From positions 1,116,001-1,180,000 of the forward strand of contig OZ176054.1 of NCBI GenBank assembly GCA_964247055.1: a stretch of DNA of 64,000 nucleotides. Reading direction: 5' to 3'. How positions within the stretch are numbered: the stretch's first letter is position 1; each line of letters starts with the position of its first letter. Source of the stretch: Paragordius varius. Taxonomy: Eukaryota; Animalia; Nematomorpha. The notes below the pieces were generated by a model. It was not told the DNA's origin and did not search any database. It was given only the letters and a program-made list of their open reading frames with translations. This document shows, one piece after another, positions 25,188 to 39,759 of this stretch. Both the position numbers and the translations under genes were made by a program.

Positions 25188-28100
25188 TGTGATCAGATAT
25201 TTTAAACTTTGACGCAGTACAAAATTAAAACATATTTTGCCTATTTTTACACCATTGATGTGGTTTATTACACAGTTAAAACAATTTCTGATGAAAGATA
25301 TATCTGATAAGAAAATATCGGGATTATCATGGTGCTTTTGGTTTTAATCTTTACGAGTTTTTAAAGAAAGTTTACACTTTTGTGGTAAGTGATCTGAATA
25401 AAATTGCAAAAGGTGCCCATTTTTTTCAAATATATCCTTTGAAAGGTAAATGCTTCATTTAAAAAGATATCACTAAAATATAATATAAACTACACATAAG
25501 CAAAACAATTTTAAAAATTTTAAATTTTTAGATGTGGGCTGAAAGTCCCAAATTTTTGTCTCTTAAAAAAGGACTGTTCTCTTAAAATAAAGGCAAAAAT
25601 TCCGACATTGTGAAATAATTTTAAATATATACTAAATTTTGATATCGACAAAATATTTTACAAAAATGCATACTTTCAAAATTTTTAAAAAAAATCTGTT
25701 GACGTTCCTCATATTATTTAAGCATGTTGGAAACGATATAAGGGGTGAGATGTTATAGCAATATCTATATATACCATTTTTCAGTCTAAATAAACGTTTT
25801 CCCAGTCAATCGAAATATTCAGTCAATCGAAACGTTTTCCTAGTCAATGGAAACATTTTCCCAATCAATAAAAACGTTTTCCCAGTCAATAAAAACGGTT
25901 TATGATGATAAATATCAAAACAAGATATAACCATAACTTTTGATCATTATCAGCGTAATATTAGGATATTATTTTTTATCAAAACACAATTATTAAATGA
26001 CAATTTTTCCCAATATATTCCAGTTCACAATCATTAATGTATTCTTTAAAAGTTTTATTTTCTGGAATTCGAGATATTTTTAAGATAATGTTTTTTATTT
26101 TATCGATGGTTCACATTAATATTTGCGGCTAACTTAAAATCTATAGTTACGGAGGAAATAATAAAATTTATAAAAATATCCCATTTTCATCTCAAAGATC
26201 ATTTAACACTTCATATTGGGTCTTAAACATAAATTTAATCCTTTTTTTATATTTATCATTTGGTTCATCGGAGGCCTAAGGCGGCCTTCCGAATCTTTGT
26301 GGGGCCCGCGAAGAATTTGGAAAACCAATGCAAAAATATGCCCACAAAATCTTAGTAAAATTCATATTTCTTACGCTATTATTCTGAATGAGTCTATAAA
26401 ATTGGCAACGAATTAAAAAAATATATTGTGTTTGTACTTTACAGTCTTATGTCTAAGATGGAATAAATTATTTATGAATGTCGGTATATAATACGAATGC
26501 GGAACGCCGTGCTTTTTGAGTTAAATTGCGGCCCGATATCCTTTTTTATACAATATTTTTAAATGAAAAACATATTTAAAACCATGTTTTGTTCAGATTT
26601 TTTCCGACAGTATTTTTAAACACATTTCGACATGTTTATGATCCAATTTGAAGCGTTAAATGACCAATTTGAGATAAAAATGGTATATTTTTATAAATTT
26701 TATTATCCGTAACTATAGACTTTATAAGTTAGCCTCGAATATTAATGCGAACCATCGATAAAATAAAAAAATTATTAAATATTTTCTTTAAAAATACTTA
26801 AAAACCATAAAATATTCTTCCAGTTAATAAAATATACATTTTAAAGAATTTATTATTAATGATTGTGTATTGGAATATATAGAAAATATTTTCATTCACT
26901 AATTGTTAATTCATAAAAATAACATCCTAATATTACGCTGATAATGGTTAAGTTATATTTCTATCTTGTTTTCATACTTATCATCAAATAAAACCGTTTT
27001 TATTGACGGGGAAAACGTTTTTATTGATTGGGAAAATGTTTCGAATGACTGGGAAAACGTTTCGATTGATTGGGAAAATCTTTCGATTGACTGGGAAAAC
27101 ATTTATTTAGACTGGGAAATGGTATAATTCGAAAATAACATTTTTCTGACTTAGAATTTCGATTCAAATATTTGTTTTTTTTTCAAATTATTAAAAAAAT
27201 TTGTGTTTTTTACGAAATTTCACCAAAATTTCAAGTAAACAAACCTTTAAATTAAAAATTTCATCCTATAGTAATATTCAACGTATACAAATCATTTTTA
27301 AAAAAAGGTTTTATTATTATATCTAAAGCGTTATACCGTTTCCATCATGCTTCAAAATAATTTGAAGAACGCTCCAACAAAATAGCTCAAATTTGTTTAT
27401 GCAAAAAAATAAGAAAACTAGGAAAAGTTAAAATTTAGAAAAAAAATTGAGAAATACAGTAAAAATTGAAAATATACGGACAAACTGTAAATATATAGAG
27501 ACAAATTATTTTTTTAAAAGACAACCGTATTTTTTCTAACCATAATTTACCATATTAAAAAGATTAAATAACGATCGTGAAATATCTAATTGATTGTGTT
27601 ACCAATATACATCTCTATTTTATAATTTAAAGGGTAAAACATTGATTTTTATTTGAAATAATAAAAAGTATGGTTGTCTTTTAAAAAAAATTGTCTTTTT
27701 CCGTAAAATTTCAAATTTACTGTATCATACCTCCCATCTAATGAGTGTAAACGTAAAATCTTTTGTTTATAAAGAAAAAATGGTTATTTCGGAACTATGT
27801 CGTATATAATAAAGTTTAAATAATATATTACGGTAGTACAATTTTCTGCATAATTTTCCGTTTGATAATTTAACCATAATAGATTTTCTAAACTTTATCA
27901 AACATTTATGAAAATATCATAAATTATTTTGTTAATATAGAGGCAACTTTTGCGGAAGCGATGAGTGAAAGCCATTAGGCTGAATCTTCTACAATCCTAA
28001 GTTTTATAATTCGAGCAGAAAATAAAATATTAAGCAATTAAAAATAGACAATCTTAGTTTTTTACCGCAAAACCATTTCTTTACAAATTTTAGTTTCACA

Positions 28101-28269
28101 TAGGGTACTATATTAAATTCTTATTTTGAATAAATACAAGGTAATTAATATATATATTCAGAAAAAATATTTTTTTTAATTTCAAAAAGAAGTACAGAAG
28201 TGGGCGCAGTACAGGCGCAGTTTTTTTTCTGAAAACCCAGTACTGCGAAAAACAGCCTATCTGGTCACA
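25188..28269. mobile_element. TIR element (TGTGATCAGATA...TATCTGGTCACA), unit-1-specific insertion
   Basis: Inverted termini; absent at the paralogous site near 58415; possible TTAGGGTG duplication at the flanks; same family as 15821-17307. Confidence 0.68.
25770..27125. mobile_element. Foldback-type element: inverted arms of about 460-500 bp around a spacer of about 400 bp
   Basis: 25770-26230 is the reverse complement of about 26630-27125. The outer arms carry 4-5 tandem 21-nt units (CCCAGTCAATCGAAACGTTTT consensus). Confidence 0.8.
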
Positions 28270-30193
28270 TAACTTTAGGGTGATTCGTGTTAAAGAAAAT
28301 TTCAAAAAATTTCAAGAATTCATTGTTTTTCAAGTTATTTTTAAAGCTGACTTAGTCAACTTATTTTTTCATCATTTAGAATTTTAAAACTCGTTTAAAT
28401 AGATTTTCATATGCAAATTTTACCTGAGCGGAAAAAACTTGGCGAGTTTAAAAAAATTGTTTTAAATTATAGTTGACTGAAAACCATTTATAGTTTCACC
28501 CTTATTAGAAATATCATCGTGGAGCGTGTTTTCTGGTTTGGTTTTACATTATCATACGGGAGTAGTCGCGCATAAGCTCTTAAATTTTAGTAAAATTATT
28601 TGGCCATTATAAATAAAATTACTCAATTAATGTTAAGCACGTTTAATATTAACAAATTTTTTTGAAACATATAACCTGTTTTTATGAAGTATGTTGGAAA
28701 CGAGGTAAAACAGGTGAAAGTTTTTCCATAAAATTTACGAGATTTTTTACATCATATCGACTAATTTTTTATCTTTATTAGTTGTATGTAAAAAAATATC
28801 CTTAAATATAAATCTAAGAGAAAGCTTAGAATCCTGGATTTTATTAAAACGATTATTTGAATGTGAAAAAATACAATATTTTGAATTTTGGTAGCATACA
28901 TTTTTAATTTAGCTTATATTATAAACATGGCGACAAAACCGTACAATATTCCAAATATAAAATTCAATAAATAAACTAGCTTTTTAATTGCTATAAATGT
29001 TATTGATAGTTTTTAAGATTAAAGCATTTAAACATATGATGCTTTGTTGTAAGGCTAAATGACGGATTACGTGAATTAAAGATAAACGTTACAATTTTTT
29101 GATTTGGTGAAATTAGCACAAAAGTGTTATTTTCTTAAATTACTTATATGCCTCTTACCCATGGCACTTTAAATATTTTAACGACATATATATTTCATCA
29201 GGATTTTCTAATTTGATTTTAAAATAGAGTAACGAAATTTAAGATCATTTAAATAAAAATAATAGGTGGAAAATTTATGTTTTATTTGGAAAATGATTAA
29301 GATAAGTTTAAATAGGGAAAATGATTTGGACATGCAATTTAAGGTAATCAACTGAATCGGCTACATATTTGGCTCCTGCTCTGGTAAAAGATAAATGCTG
29401 TGAGAACGAACACTATATTTACTGTTATGTCTTCTGGCCGTCCAGGCATTTTTGATTGACTGGTATAAATTGATCATTTTAAATAGCGTTGTCTGGCGTT
29501 TTATGTCACACTTCTTCCCATGAAATCATAATTTTCAATATGACGAATCCTTGTTAGATGTTTATCGATAGATCATACATTAGCTTCAAGTCCAAATTTC
29601 CTACAGTCTATATCTAGTGATGGCAATGAGTGCCGCAACTGTTATTTTTTCAGACACAAAATTCAATATAATTATTGAATCATCAAAGAAAAGAGGCTAT
29701 TGTCGAAATCAGCCAGGTGTATTTGTATTTGCTGTATGATAAGCAAAATTGGATCTGTATCAAATTTATAGGCACAGCTGGTGTTTTATAGCTAAACCTA
29801 CACTAATGATTGCAATTTTTAATTTTTGATATAAGCAAAATTTCTTCATTTCTCTCCTTAAGGCTTTAGATTGTATCAAGATTCGATCATAACTTTATTG
29901 TAATTGTTGTCGATCATAGCTATTAGTGTGTTTCTTGATTTATTGCTTCTAATATATGAAATTCAGTTCATACATATTTATTTTACTTTTTTATAAGACT
30001 ATATACATCATCCCTTATTGTTCATAAACCTTTTAAGTTGGTCATACACAAGATGGTTCTTATATTGTATATCCGGATATATGATTATTTTTTATATTAA
30101 AATTTACCCTATAAGAATTAATCATCAAGCATTGAATAACTCACGACAGCTGTTTAATATATTGTTTATTCGCATTTTTATCTAATATAGAGG

Positions 30194-30310
30194 GGCGTGA
30201 TGGTATAGTAGGTTGGGCCAGAGTTCCAACCCCCAAACTACTAAATTTTTCCATCACCACTGTCAGCCCTGGGCTGGCGACTGTAAAAGCCTTTACATGT
30301 TCGAATACAA
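30194..30310 (+). mobile_element. tRNA-derived SINE remnant, unit 1
   Basis: A-box-like TGGTATAGTAGG and B-box-like GAGTTCCAACCC; a more complete paralog lies at 60336. Confidence 0.45.
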
Positions 30311-30857
30311 TTCTTACCCTTCAATAAAAAAAGAGAACCTCTGTATATTCTTTATCTTATAGATCTTAGGCCTCATATTTTTTTCGGATTGTGAAAGCTA
30401 AGCATTTGGTTCGGAATAACAATGTTTAAATTTGATAAAATAAGGGCAAAACAAAACAAATGGTATATTGATACAAATCAAAAAATTTGTTTAAAATGTA
30501 TAACAAAAATGAAATAAATATGAGATCCTCTCTATAATGATAATTTAATTTTGGTTTGTGTATTAGTCAATTTTCTGACATATATTATACAGCAATAATA
30601 TTTTTAGTAAACGACTATTTTTTGTTGTTTATATTTAAAAGACAACGAAATATGTATACTCTAGCCATTAGTTCTATAAATGCTATGTGCAAGCTAATCA
30701 AGGCCGATATTTATGAAAAATGATAATGGTCATTTTTAGCAGTTGCTGTTATTTGGTCAGCTTTATATATACGCTTCTTTTTGCTTGATTTTTTATATAT
30801 AAATAAAAACATTAATTATTTAATATATTTTTGTAAAAAATCACCATATATGTTTAC

Positions 30858-33800
30858 TTTGTTTGTTGCGACAATATAGCTGAGCCACGCCCTTGAGGCG
30901 GCCAAATCGAGAAAAGGATGCTAAAAAATAATTGCAAATATAAAATGAGTTTAATTGCATAAAAAGATTTCGTTTGATTATGTAAAAAATTAACATACTT
31001 TCAGAAGATCAGAGGCTGGTGGACGTAATGGAGGGTCCTCCAGGCAGACGTTAATGAATTCTGAAAAGAAAATGCTGCACCTCTTGTTGCAGAATGGTTT
31101 GCCTTGAGTCATCATCTTGTGCATGATCTAATTTTAATTTTATGTTTGATTTTACTGTAAAAACCATAGATGCAGTATGAATTTTAATGAATGCTTATTT
31201 CACGCTTAGTTGGGGAATTTGCAAAACAGTAGTGTATTGAAAAAACAATAAAATGTTGATAAATAATTTTTTTTCCTTTCTTTTTTCCATACATTACTAA
31301 GTTGCAAATTGCCCAACTAGAGTGTGAAATAAGCATTCATTAAAATGCATATTGTATTACAATTCAGCTATATGAAAAAAAATTGATAAAATTACCTGGC
31401 TGGGATGGAGATGTGCATAGGGTAACTCTCCATCTACCATCTCAATACAAACGATGCCCAGGGCCCAAATATCCGATTCCCGATCCTGTATACCCTTAAA
31501 AAGGGTCTCTTCTGCAAAGTAGCAAGAAGTGCCTGCTATCTTGGCAGAGGGATGGTAGCTCAATTTTGCCAGTCCAAAATCAACTATTAGAATGGATAAT
31601 ATTTAAAAAAATTGTGTCAATTCTTCTATGTGATTATTTTTGTATTGTGGACAATAAAAAATTTAGTTCCATTGTTAATAATAGATTATTATGGAATCAA
31701 AGTTTAATCCATATTTTATAAAATTCAAATTTTCGATAAGCCTTTTATAATATTAGTGGTGTTCTCCAAAAAATACAAGGTTTACAAAAAAGATTATTTT
31801 TGAAGGGTCGCGCGCCCTATAATACTGATAAAAATTTTATGGCTGCTTGACGCATCTGCAGATACTAATGCCCAAAAAAAGTATAAATAATTTAATATAT
31901 GGTTCAGGGTAACAAAGAAGCATTTTAAGAGTCGCATGCGGCCCAGGGGTCGTGGTTAGAGTTGTATATATTTTCAATTAATTAAATATATTACTGAGTT
32001 TGACTGTACCATTGGAATCAATCATGATATTGTTAGATTTTATGTCTCTATGTACAATATATTTGGAATGTATATGAGATAAGGCTTCCAAGATCTATGA
32101 AAAAAGTGGCAAAAAGTTATAAGACATCCTGTTAATTTTTACTTAAATATACTCTTAATTCTTTATTTAATATATCCTACACTTATATATCCATAAGGTT
32201 TTACAGGTTTAAATTGATGTATATATTAAAAACCTGTTGTGGCGTAAAAATGATGTTTTAGCCTAAGATAGATTAAAACAAACACAGTATATTATGGGGT
32301 TCACAAATATCTTGATTTATCAAAATAGCCCAAATTTGGTGGAAGTTACGATCAACGTTTCAGAAAATTTTTAAAAAATATCATAAACTATATTTAAAGA
32401 CCAAAACGTCTATAATATATAAAAATCTTAAAAGGCCGTTCCGAAAGTCCTACATTTTTGGATTCGGTTAAAATGGATACATGTTTTAAGATTTGGGCAA
32501 TAAGATTAGAATTAAAATCAAATTATAAATAGTTATGGGTGAAATTAAAATGCATTAACTAAAGGACTAACTGAAATGTTTAAGAACCAACTTGAAGTTC
32601 AAACGGTATATTTGAAAGAGTTTAGAAACAAAATTATAAATTCGAAATTGTGTTCAAAAAAACAGATTAAATATTTCATGGCTAGTTTATACATTAAAAA
32701 AAATTATTTTTAAAAATATACACTTTTTATGTAAAATTATTAGAAATTTCGCCTAAAAACCATCAATATGTATGCGTTTAAGGTCCAATCATAGATTATC
32801 GCTTTGGTTGAAGTTTGACAGCCAGAAGTGATAACTAAACATTTTTATGAATCCTTTGGCATTTAATATTGTATGCGTTGGACTTATTATTTCATATATA
32901 CGATTCATCTCATATAAATAAATATTTATACATAAAGCCGAAAAAGCGACAATACTGATACATATTTTTACAAGATTGTTAGGTTAAGGTGGTATATTTT
33001 TTCTATATTCTGTATCATACATTCACACCAATAAGTGCTAATTGCATCGTATATAAACATTTTTTTTGAAACACTAAAATCAGAAATCATTCTAAATAAG
33101 CCTAATCAAATTGATCTTGTGAAAAATAAATACTCAAAATCAGGATTCTAATTTAACAAAATAAAAAATTAACCTGATGACAGATTAAGGCTAGTAAAGG
33201 TTCGCAAAGCTTTTGACGAGCCAAATCACACAAAGTAACCCCATCAATGTTCTCCATGACGATCTGTGCATAATGAAAAAAGCGAACTATTAAAATAAGT
33301 GACACATATTGTAAATATTAATTCATGCAATTAGATAACTCCATTACCCATAAACTGTGTCCATAAAAGCTGGAGCCAAGATATTTGACAATGTTGGGAT
33401 GTTTAAGGTTCATCAATAAAAATATTTCACTGACCGCTTCGTAATTAAGCTGTTTGTTCTCGAGTTTTATCTTTTTTAATGCTACGGTATTCTTTTTACG
33501 ATCTTTGGCCAGGAATACAGTACCAAAAGCCCTAAAATTATAAAATTCATTAAGTAATTAACCTACACTTTTATAAAGTATTATAAACTAAATAAAAATA
33601 TTTTGCAGACATTATATTTGGACGGGAAGTTATTGATAATCTTTATTGTTTCGAAAAATAAATAAAGATTAAAAATTAAAAAAAATAAAATCCACTAAAA
33701 TCAAATAAGTTTATAAAACATAAATCTACTCTCACCTCTTTGTGAGGATCAACTGCACCATGATTATTGGAGGCTAAAATATTTATTGCATATTTTATAA

Positions 33801-35511
33801 ATAAATTGTAACAATCATTATAATAATGTTAAAAAATAATTATTTATTTTACGACACGATAGTATATAATGGACTCTTTTTACAACTGAGTGTTGTTCTA
33901 TCGGTTATTATAATTTTTTGTTTTTGGTTTTTTTCAATTAGTTTTACAACTTATATCTTGTCATCCTCTAAGGTCTTAACTTGTGATTTCAATATAGAGG
34001 AAAAGAAAGAACAATAAATATTTTTAAAAAATTTTATTTAAAATAACCGTTGTCTCTACATCCATTCTTATATTTTTAACGCTGAGAAAACGGACATCCT
34101 TTAAAGTGCCCAAAACCATACGCCATTTTTATTCATATATTTGGTATGGCACGTTTTTAAATAAATTTCCATATATTTTATAAATATTAGAATAATTTTA
34201 TATCATACATGTGCGTTCATGCCAACAACTTTTAGCAGAACCGAACGGAGATGATGAAGTTTTGCAAGCCGATTTCTCGTTTTCTAGAAAAAAGTTAAAG
34301 TTAAAATTAAATTTATTTTTAATTTAATGATATTTTTCCAATTTATAACGTTTTACCAAACTGATAATTAAATTATTAGGCAAAGAAAAGTTCTAACAAG
34401 TTAAATTTATGAAATTATATTCTTTTAATATACTTGTTTGGGCAGGCTCGACGAAATCACCAGCGCCCTCTTTTGGAGACAAGGTACTGTAGTAAACTAA
34501 ATAAAAAATATTTTTCTGTAATAACAACAACTAAACGTATTTGGATATCAAACTTTGTCAGAATCGTATTTATTTAAATTGATTATAATAGGCATGTTAA
34601 TCAAAACATTCTTCGTACTTAAATATTAATATATTTTTCTGTAAATACCTGATTCATTTCCAGGGTTTTCTTGTTTGGCATCTAAATATATAAGTAAACA
34701 AACCACCATATATAATACAAAAATATTAATTTATTCGACTATCTTGTACGCTTAAATCTGACCGATATTATTTCTTATAAATAAAAACCTTAACACATAT
34801 CGACTTAAATGAAAACTTGATGAGCAACGGAACAAAGCTAGTATCTTAAATCCATATTCTCTATATTAAGATTAACGTTTTTTTAACACAATTTTTTTAT
34901 TCGCTTATGAATTTGCACGGTTATTAACTTTATACATCCATAAATTATCCCTATTATGATGCAGATTTTACAATCATCGCTATGATGAAAAATAAAATTG
35001 AATTTATATTATTATAACTGATAAAAGTTTGGATTTTGTAGATTATTAAAGGTTTAAAAATAGTATTTTACAAAGTTATTGGGTAGTAAAAAAGATTTAC
35101 CAACTTTGCCGTAACACACGATATTTATTAAAAATTGTAGGTTTATAATACCTGGAGGGGGACGACGCTTTTGGAACACCTTTCGAAGGGTTCCTAACAA
35201 GCTTTCTCCGGGCACCCCGAGTTTCCTCGCCTCACCATCTAAACAATAATTAATCAGCATTAGGATAAATTAAACTTGCACTCTTAAAGGCAAGCAAGAA
35301 ATATTTAAAGAATCTTACCCGGCGGTTCCCTTCTCCTCTTCTGGAAGAACCCCCACCGGTTCTTCCACCGGGGACAACAGGCTCGATTCCTCCTAGAATC
35401 GGCTGTTGTCCCCTCCTCACCATCGTTGGCAATCACTTCCACTTCTTCTGCCTCTCCTCCCACACAAGAACTCCCACAAAAACACAGCGTTAAAAATGTT
35501 TTAAAGTTCAT
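30858..35511 (-). pseudogene. Kinase copy B: A/C chimera, probably non-functional
   Basis: Exons 35511-35319, 35238-35152, 34681-34649, 34496-34434, 34283-34209, 33773-33736, 33640 to a deleted donor, 33531-33348, 33263-33174, 32094-31995, 31583-31396, 31127-30999 (..[16 protein letters not shown]) and 30920-30858 (HPFL..). About 14 nt encoding LGE plus the donor are missing at about 33600, so the frame runs into a TAA; skipping the exon would frameshift. Confidence 0.82.
31755..31952. mobile_element. Degenerate hAT-like MITE in kinase B intron 10 (also at 61908-62118 in C)
   Basis: GC-rich ends (GTGGTGTTCTCCAAA..GGGTCGCG / GCATGCGGCCC..GTGGTTAG) resemble hAT MITE termini; absent from copy A. 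Confidence 0.35.
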
Positions 35512-37925
35512 AATATTAAAACACTTTTATGATTCAACAATCAAATCAAACTTAATATAAACCCTTCATCGCTATGTAACGATGATGTCATTTAGAATAA
35601 CACTATAATACATTATCAATATAAACCCTAATAAAATAAAACTACTCCTAAGCGCTGCCGTAAAATGCAGAGTATTTTAAGAACCCTGTTTAAAATATTG
35701 TACATACATTAATATAAAAAATTTAGTTAGATCAGACAAAAGAAATCCGAAGGTTATAAGCCAAAAAATATAATTTTCAAATTTTCTTTATTCAACTAAA
35801 CATCATCGGCAATTTATTAATATAAAAAAATGGAAATTCCAAAAAAAAATAATATTAAAAAATCGTATTAGATTTTACTAATTAATAGTACCCTCCGTTT
35901 TTAAAGGAGAGCGTATATAATGGAAATTAATCTTTTTTACTAAAATAGATTTATATAGGTTGAATTTATTATGAATAAAAATTTTTTAATTTTGTTATAA
36001 ATAATTTTGTGTTAAAAAGATAGTTTTCCTGGTTGGATATTCACCTTTAAATGACGTACTTTAAGCGTTAAATTTATTGAAAATATCCTCAAATTATTCC
36101 GTAATTTAGATATTATAAAAACCTTCCAAAACGACTTTGTAAAAATTTAAATTATTTTACATACCACAGCTGTATTTTGGTTATCTATTGACACTAAGTT
36201 TAAATATATAATAAATAATTTTAATAAGTGATAAATAAATGAAGCCTCCATATTTCATATATTTAAAGCCAATTAATCAGCTGGTTGGATCATTCAAAGC
36301 TTGTTTTTTATTTTAGTGTATAGGGTTTCTCAATTTATTTTAATCTCTTTAACAAAATTTTATATTGAAAAACGAAAAATTCAACCAAAATTTAACTTAA
36401 ACATTATGATGCATTAACCAACTTAATCGAGATTTAATAAACTCCTATTTAACGCTTAAAAATTTTCATCATTTATTTATTAGCTGGCCTTGTCAAGCTA
36501 GTCTGAAAGATAATTAAGATTTTGTTATAACACAAGCTTTAAACTATTATGAAACTTCTTTACTATATAAATAGTGAATTTAATATACATACAATTAAAC
36601 AATGTACAATGTGGATTGTGAATGTGCATACGTTTAATCAAAATCAAAGTAAAATTTTGTTATTCCTTAATATATGCGCCAAGAATTTCGACGTGTATTA
36701 AATAGCCATTTAGTTTCCCCCAGCTTCTGTAAAAATAGGCATTTAAAAAATTTATTTTATTAGGTGTATACAAGTTTGTAAATATCAATAATATAATAGT
36801 ACTATAGATTTAAATTTCAATTTACTAGAAGCTTATCAGGAAAAGTTAGAATCATTTAACCTATGTAAAAATAATCGTTAGTCTGTTCATACAAATAAAT
36901 TATGACTTTAAGGTACATATTTTCATATTTGAACCAGCTCAGAAAATCGCGTGCTTCCCAACAATATATACAAGATATGTTATATATAGCAAATATTTGA
37001 TATCGAGTTAGATATTACCTATAATTAGGATAATATTTTGTATTACTGTATATAATAAAAACATAGTTTTACACAACTTTGTAAAATCCATAGAAGTGTG
37101 GAAAACACTAAAAGACCTTTTATTTTTGGAAAAATTTTATAAGCCAGATATTAATATAAATCAAATTGTCTATTAAAATGACTAGAAAATATATTTGTAT
37201 ATTTGATGACTATCATAATTTAACAGCTTATAGAAGATTTTAAATCCAAATGTAACTCCCTTATTGACATTAATCTCTATTAAGATTTAGTTTATAACTC
37301 AAAAACTCTTAATTTCTTATATAACGGGTGATTTGTCTGCACCATTTCGCTATGTTAAAAACTTTATTTATTGCAATATAGATAAAATATATTTTACATG
37401 TATCATATTAATAATTTTTGCAATTGTATATTATGGGAAAGCCGTGTTGTATTAGTTTTAAATGGCGGAAGATTTTTTGATATTTTACCTTAAAATATAT
37501 GGAATTATGAATGCAGTGTGTATTAATGAACTTAATCTATACAGTTTAACAATAAAGACAACAAAGTTCTGATTCAATAAGGTCAATCCTTAAGTGAGAA
37601 TATTTTACAACAATAAATTGTTTTGTGGGCGACTGAGTGATATGTATTTAAATGCAGTGTGTATTGGATGTAAAATAAATAGTAATTTTTACATATTCAT
37701 CAATAATTAAGTGGAATTATTTGGTATCATGTATATAATAATTTTTGAATAATTTTTTTTGTTAACATTATATTATAAAAAAGTGATTAAGAAACCGGAT
37801 ATTTATCAAACAAACATTGGATTATCTGAAAAGTTTATAAATAATCCATCAATATATTAGGTGAGATTGTGTAGGACAGAAATACCTTAAGATATATTTA
37901 CCGCAAAATAATTGTATTTCTTGTA

Positions 37926-39724
37926 TCACATTTTATGCAAGATGAGAATGTTCATTTTTAGAGGAGGGGGTTTAACCGTAGAAATAAGCCAAGTCAAGCC
38001 CTCAAAAAGTCCATCTCCAGCTGTCGCACATGCAGGTTGAATGTACCAAGCTTTGTCTCGAATGCGATTAAGGCCGAGTTTGTCCTTGAGTTCAGAAGGT
38101 TTCACAGCTAAATTTACATTTATAGAGATATACAAAATAATAAAATATTTAGTTTCAACGTATTTTAAAAACAGAAGCTACGTTTATTCAACTAATTCCG
38201 CATAATATATTTGAGAAACTTTAAATGAAAGAGTTCCAATCACAAAAAAGTACAAAAGTGTTTTGATTATGGTTTAATTGTATTTGGGAAAAAAATTGGC
38301 CAAATAAAAACGGTTACTTATTCTAAGATTAGAGAAACCTAATTTTTAATATCTGGAGTATTCGCCGAAATAAGCATGTAATTGTAGAAACAAGTATTTT
38401 TTCAGCTACTCCTATCAAAAATCATAATAAATTACTTTTAAAATCAAATAAATCAGTAATGATATTCCGTAAAACCCTAAATTTTGTGGTCGCTTTGCTA
38501 ATATTATTATTTTATAAACATTTGGGATTCCCGCTGTATAAATCTTGACAATAAATTTTATGACGCATATATCAGTAATAAACTGTTTGTGTTGTGCAAA
38601 AGAGACCTCGTAAAACCTGGCAATCGATTATTCAAGAAGACCTAGACTTTCTCGATATAACAATCGAACAAGCAGTTAGACTGAAAGGAATGGAAAGCTA
38701 TATCACTCTTTTTCCTTTGGAAGGAGAAAATATCATATAAAGGGTAATATAAAAGTTTGACTGTATTTCTTAAAGTTGAAAGTAAACGCCAATGTGTAGC
38801 TTTATGATAAAGTATCCCACAAAATTAAAAGTAAAATTAACCATACTTTTATGATTTAATTTTTATTTGATCATTACCATATGGGTTGTTATATACGTGT
38901 TTGTGAGGTATTTAATTATATAGTCCCTAAGGACATAAAATATAAAAAGGAATATATGAAAATACAATTATGTTTTATAAAAAGTTTTTTGTAAAATGGA
39001 TTGCTTATCTTCCATTCGCAGTAAAAGATAAATTGGTCCTTAAACATTTCAAATTCTTCCTAGAAAAATTTGTTCTTTAAATATTTTTGTTTCGTTTATA
39101 CTTTTAATCGCGTAAAATATGTATACCCAATGACAGAGTCATACCCATTTTATTATATAACGATATTTTTCGAATCAAAATATATTTTGAAATTGAAAAG
39201 TTGTTGCAATATTTTAAAAACATTAGTTTAAAATAAGGTAGACTAACGACAAACTTTCTGAACAAATTTTTTGGATAAAAAATATAATATATTTGGCAAA
39301 AAATAATTTTTGATAAATGAATGCGATAGTTAACATGTTTAGGCAAAGGGTCCCCATTATTCGCTTATCAAATAATTGAAAAAACAATAAACTGCTAATT
39401 AAGGACAAACCCTTAAGCAAGCATGGGCCCATTTGCATTTTTGATACAAATATAACTTTTATTATAATATGGCTCTTTAACGAAATAAAGTATATTGTAA
39501 AAATGTTTTAAAAAACGCTGAGTTAATAAAAGGCAAACCGTCAGGCAAATCCTGTTTATTTGCATATATTAGAATGATGGCGTCTTTCATTTCGCGATCA
39601 TTTACTATGCGCAGCTCCTGTCTAGATTCATCAAGCCTATCTCGATATCAACTACAAAAATTAGTCCTTGCGTCCCTGTGTAATGTCGCCAAAGGGTACG
39701 GATTTTATCTTGACCACCAACATC
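37926..39724 (-). pseudogene. ARF6: Arf6 3' gene fragment, unit 2, frameshifted
   Basis: Exon 39724-39539 is 186 nt, 7 nt shorter than in unit 1, which shifts the frame. Exon 38107-37926 encodes [41 protein letters not shown]. Confidence 0.87.
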
Positions 39725-39759
39725 CTATTATTCAGATTTAAGTAATATGGTTGGATGGT

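Larger units (their letters stand above)
24510..28310. mobile_element. Old non-autonomous DNA element related to 49722-54847, interrupted by later insertions
   Basis: 24510-25170 aligns by eye with 49722-50520 and 54595-54790. The uninterrupted paralog lies near 57780-58460. Confidence 0.45.
2260..33470. repeat. Segmental duplication unit 1 (about 31 kb)
   Basis: Colinear with about 33470-63700. Identical ORF-track translations occur at a constant offset of 27929 (e.g. 16935/44864, 18531/46460); offset changes elsewhere match the copy-specific insertions. Confidence 0.92.

Noticed and set aside
25790-25900. 21-nt periodic repeats (and their mirror at about 26995-27115) as a CRISPR array
   Set aside because: The units are contiguous with no unique spacers, lie in inverted arms, and the context is eukaryotic with no cas genes.
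29340-29800. Possible decayed transposase (slightly GC-richer block, also near 59480-59920)
   Set aside because: No convincing motif in any frame by eye; a translated HMM search against transposase profiles would be needed.
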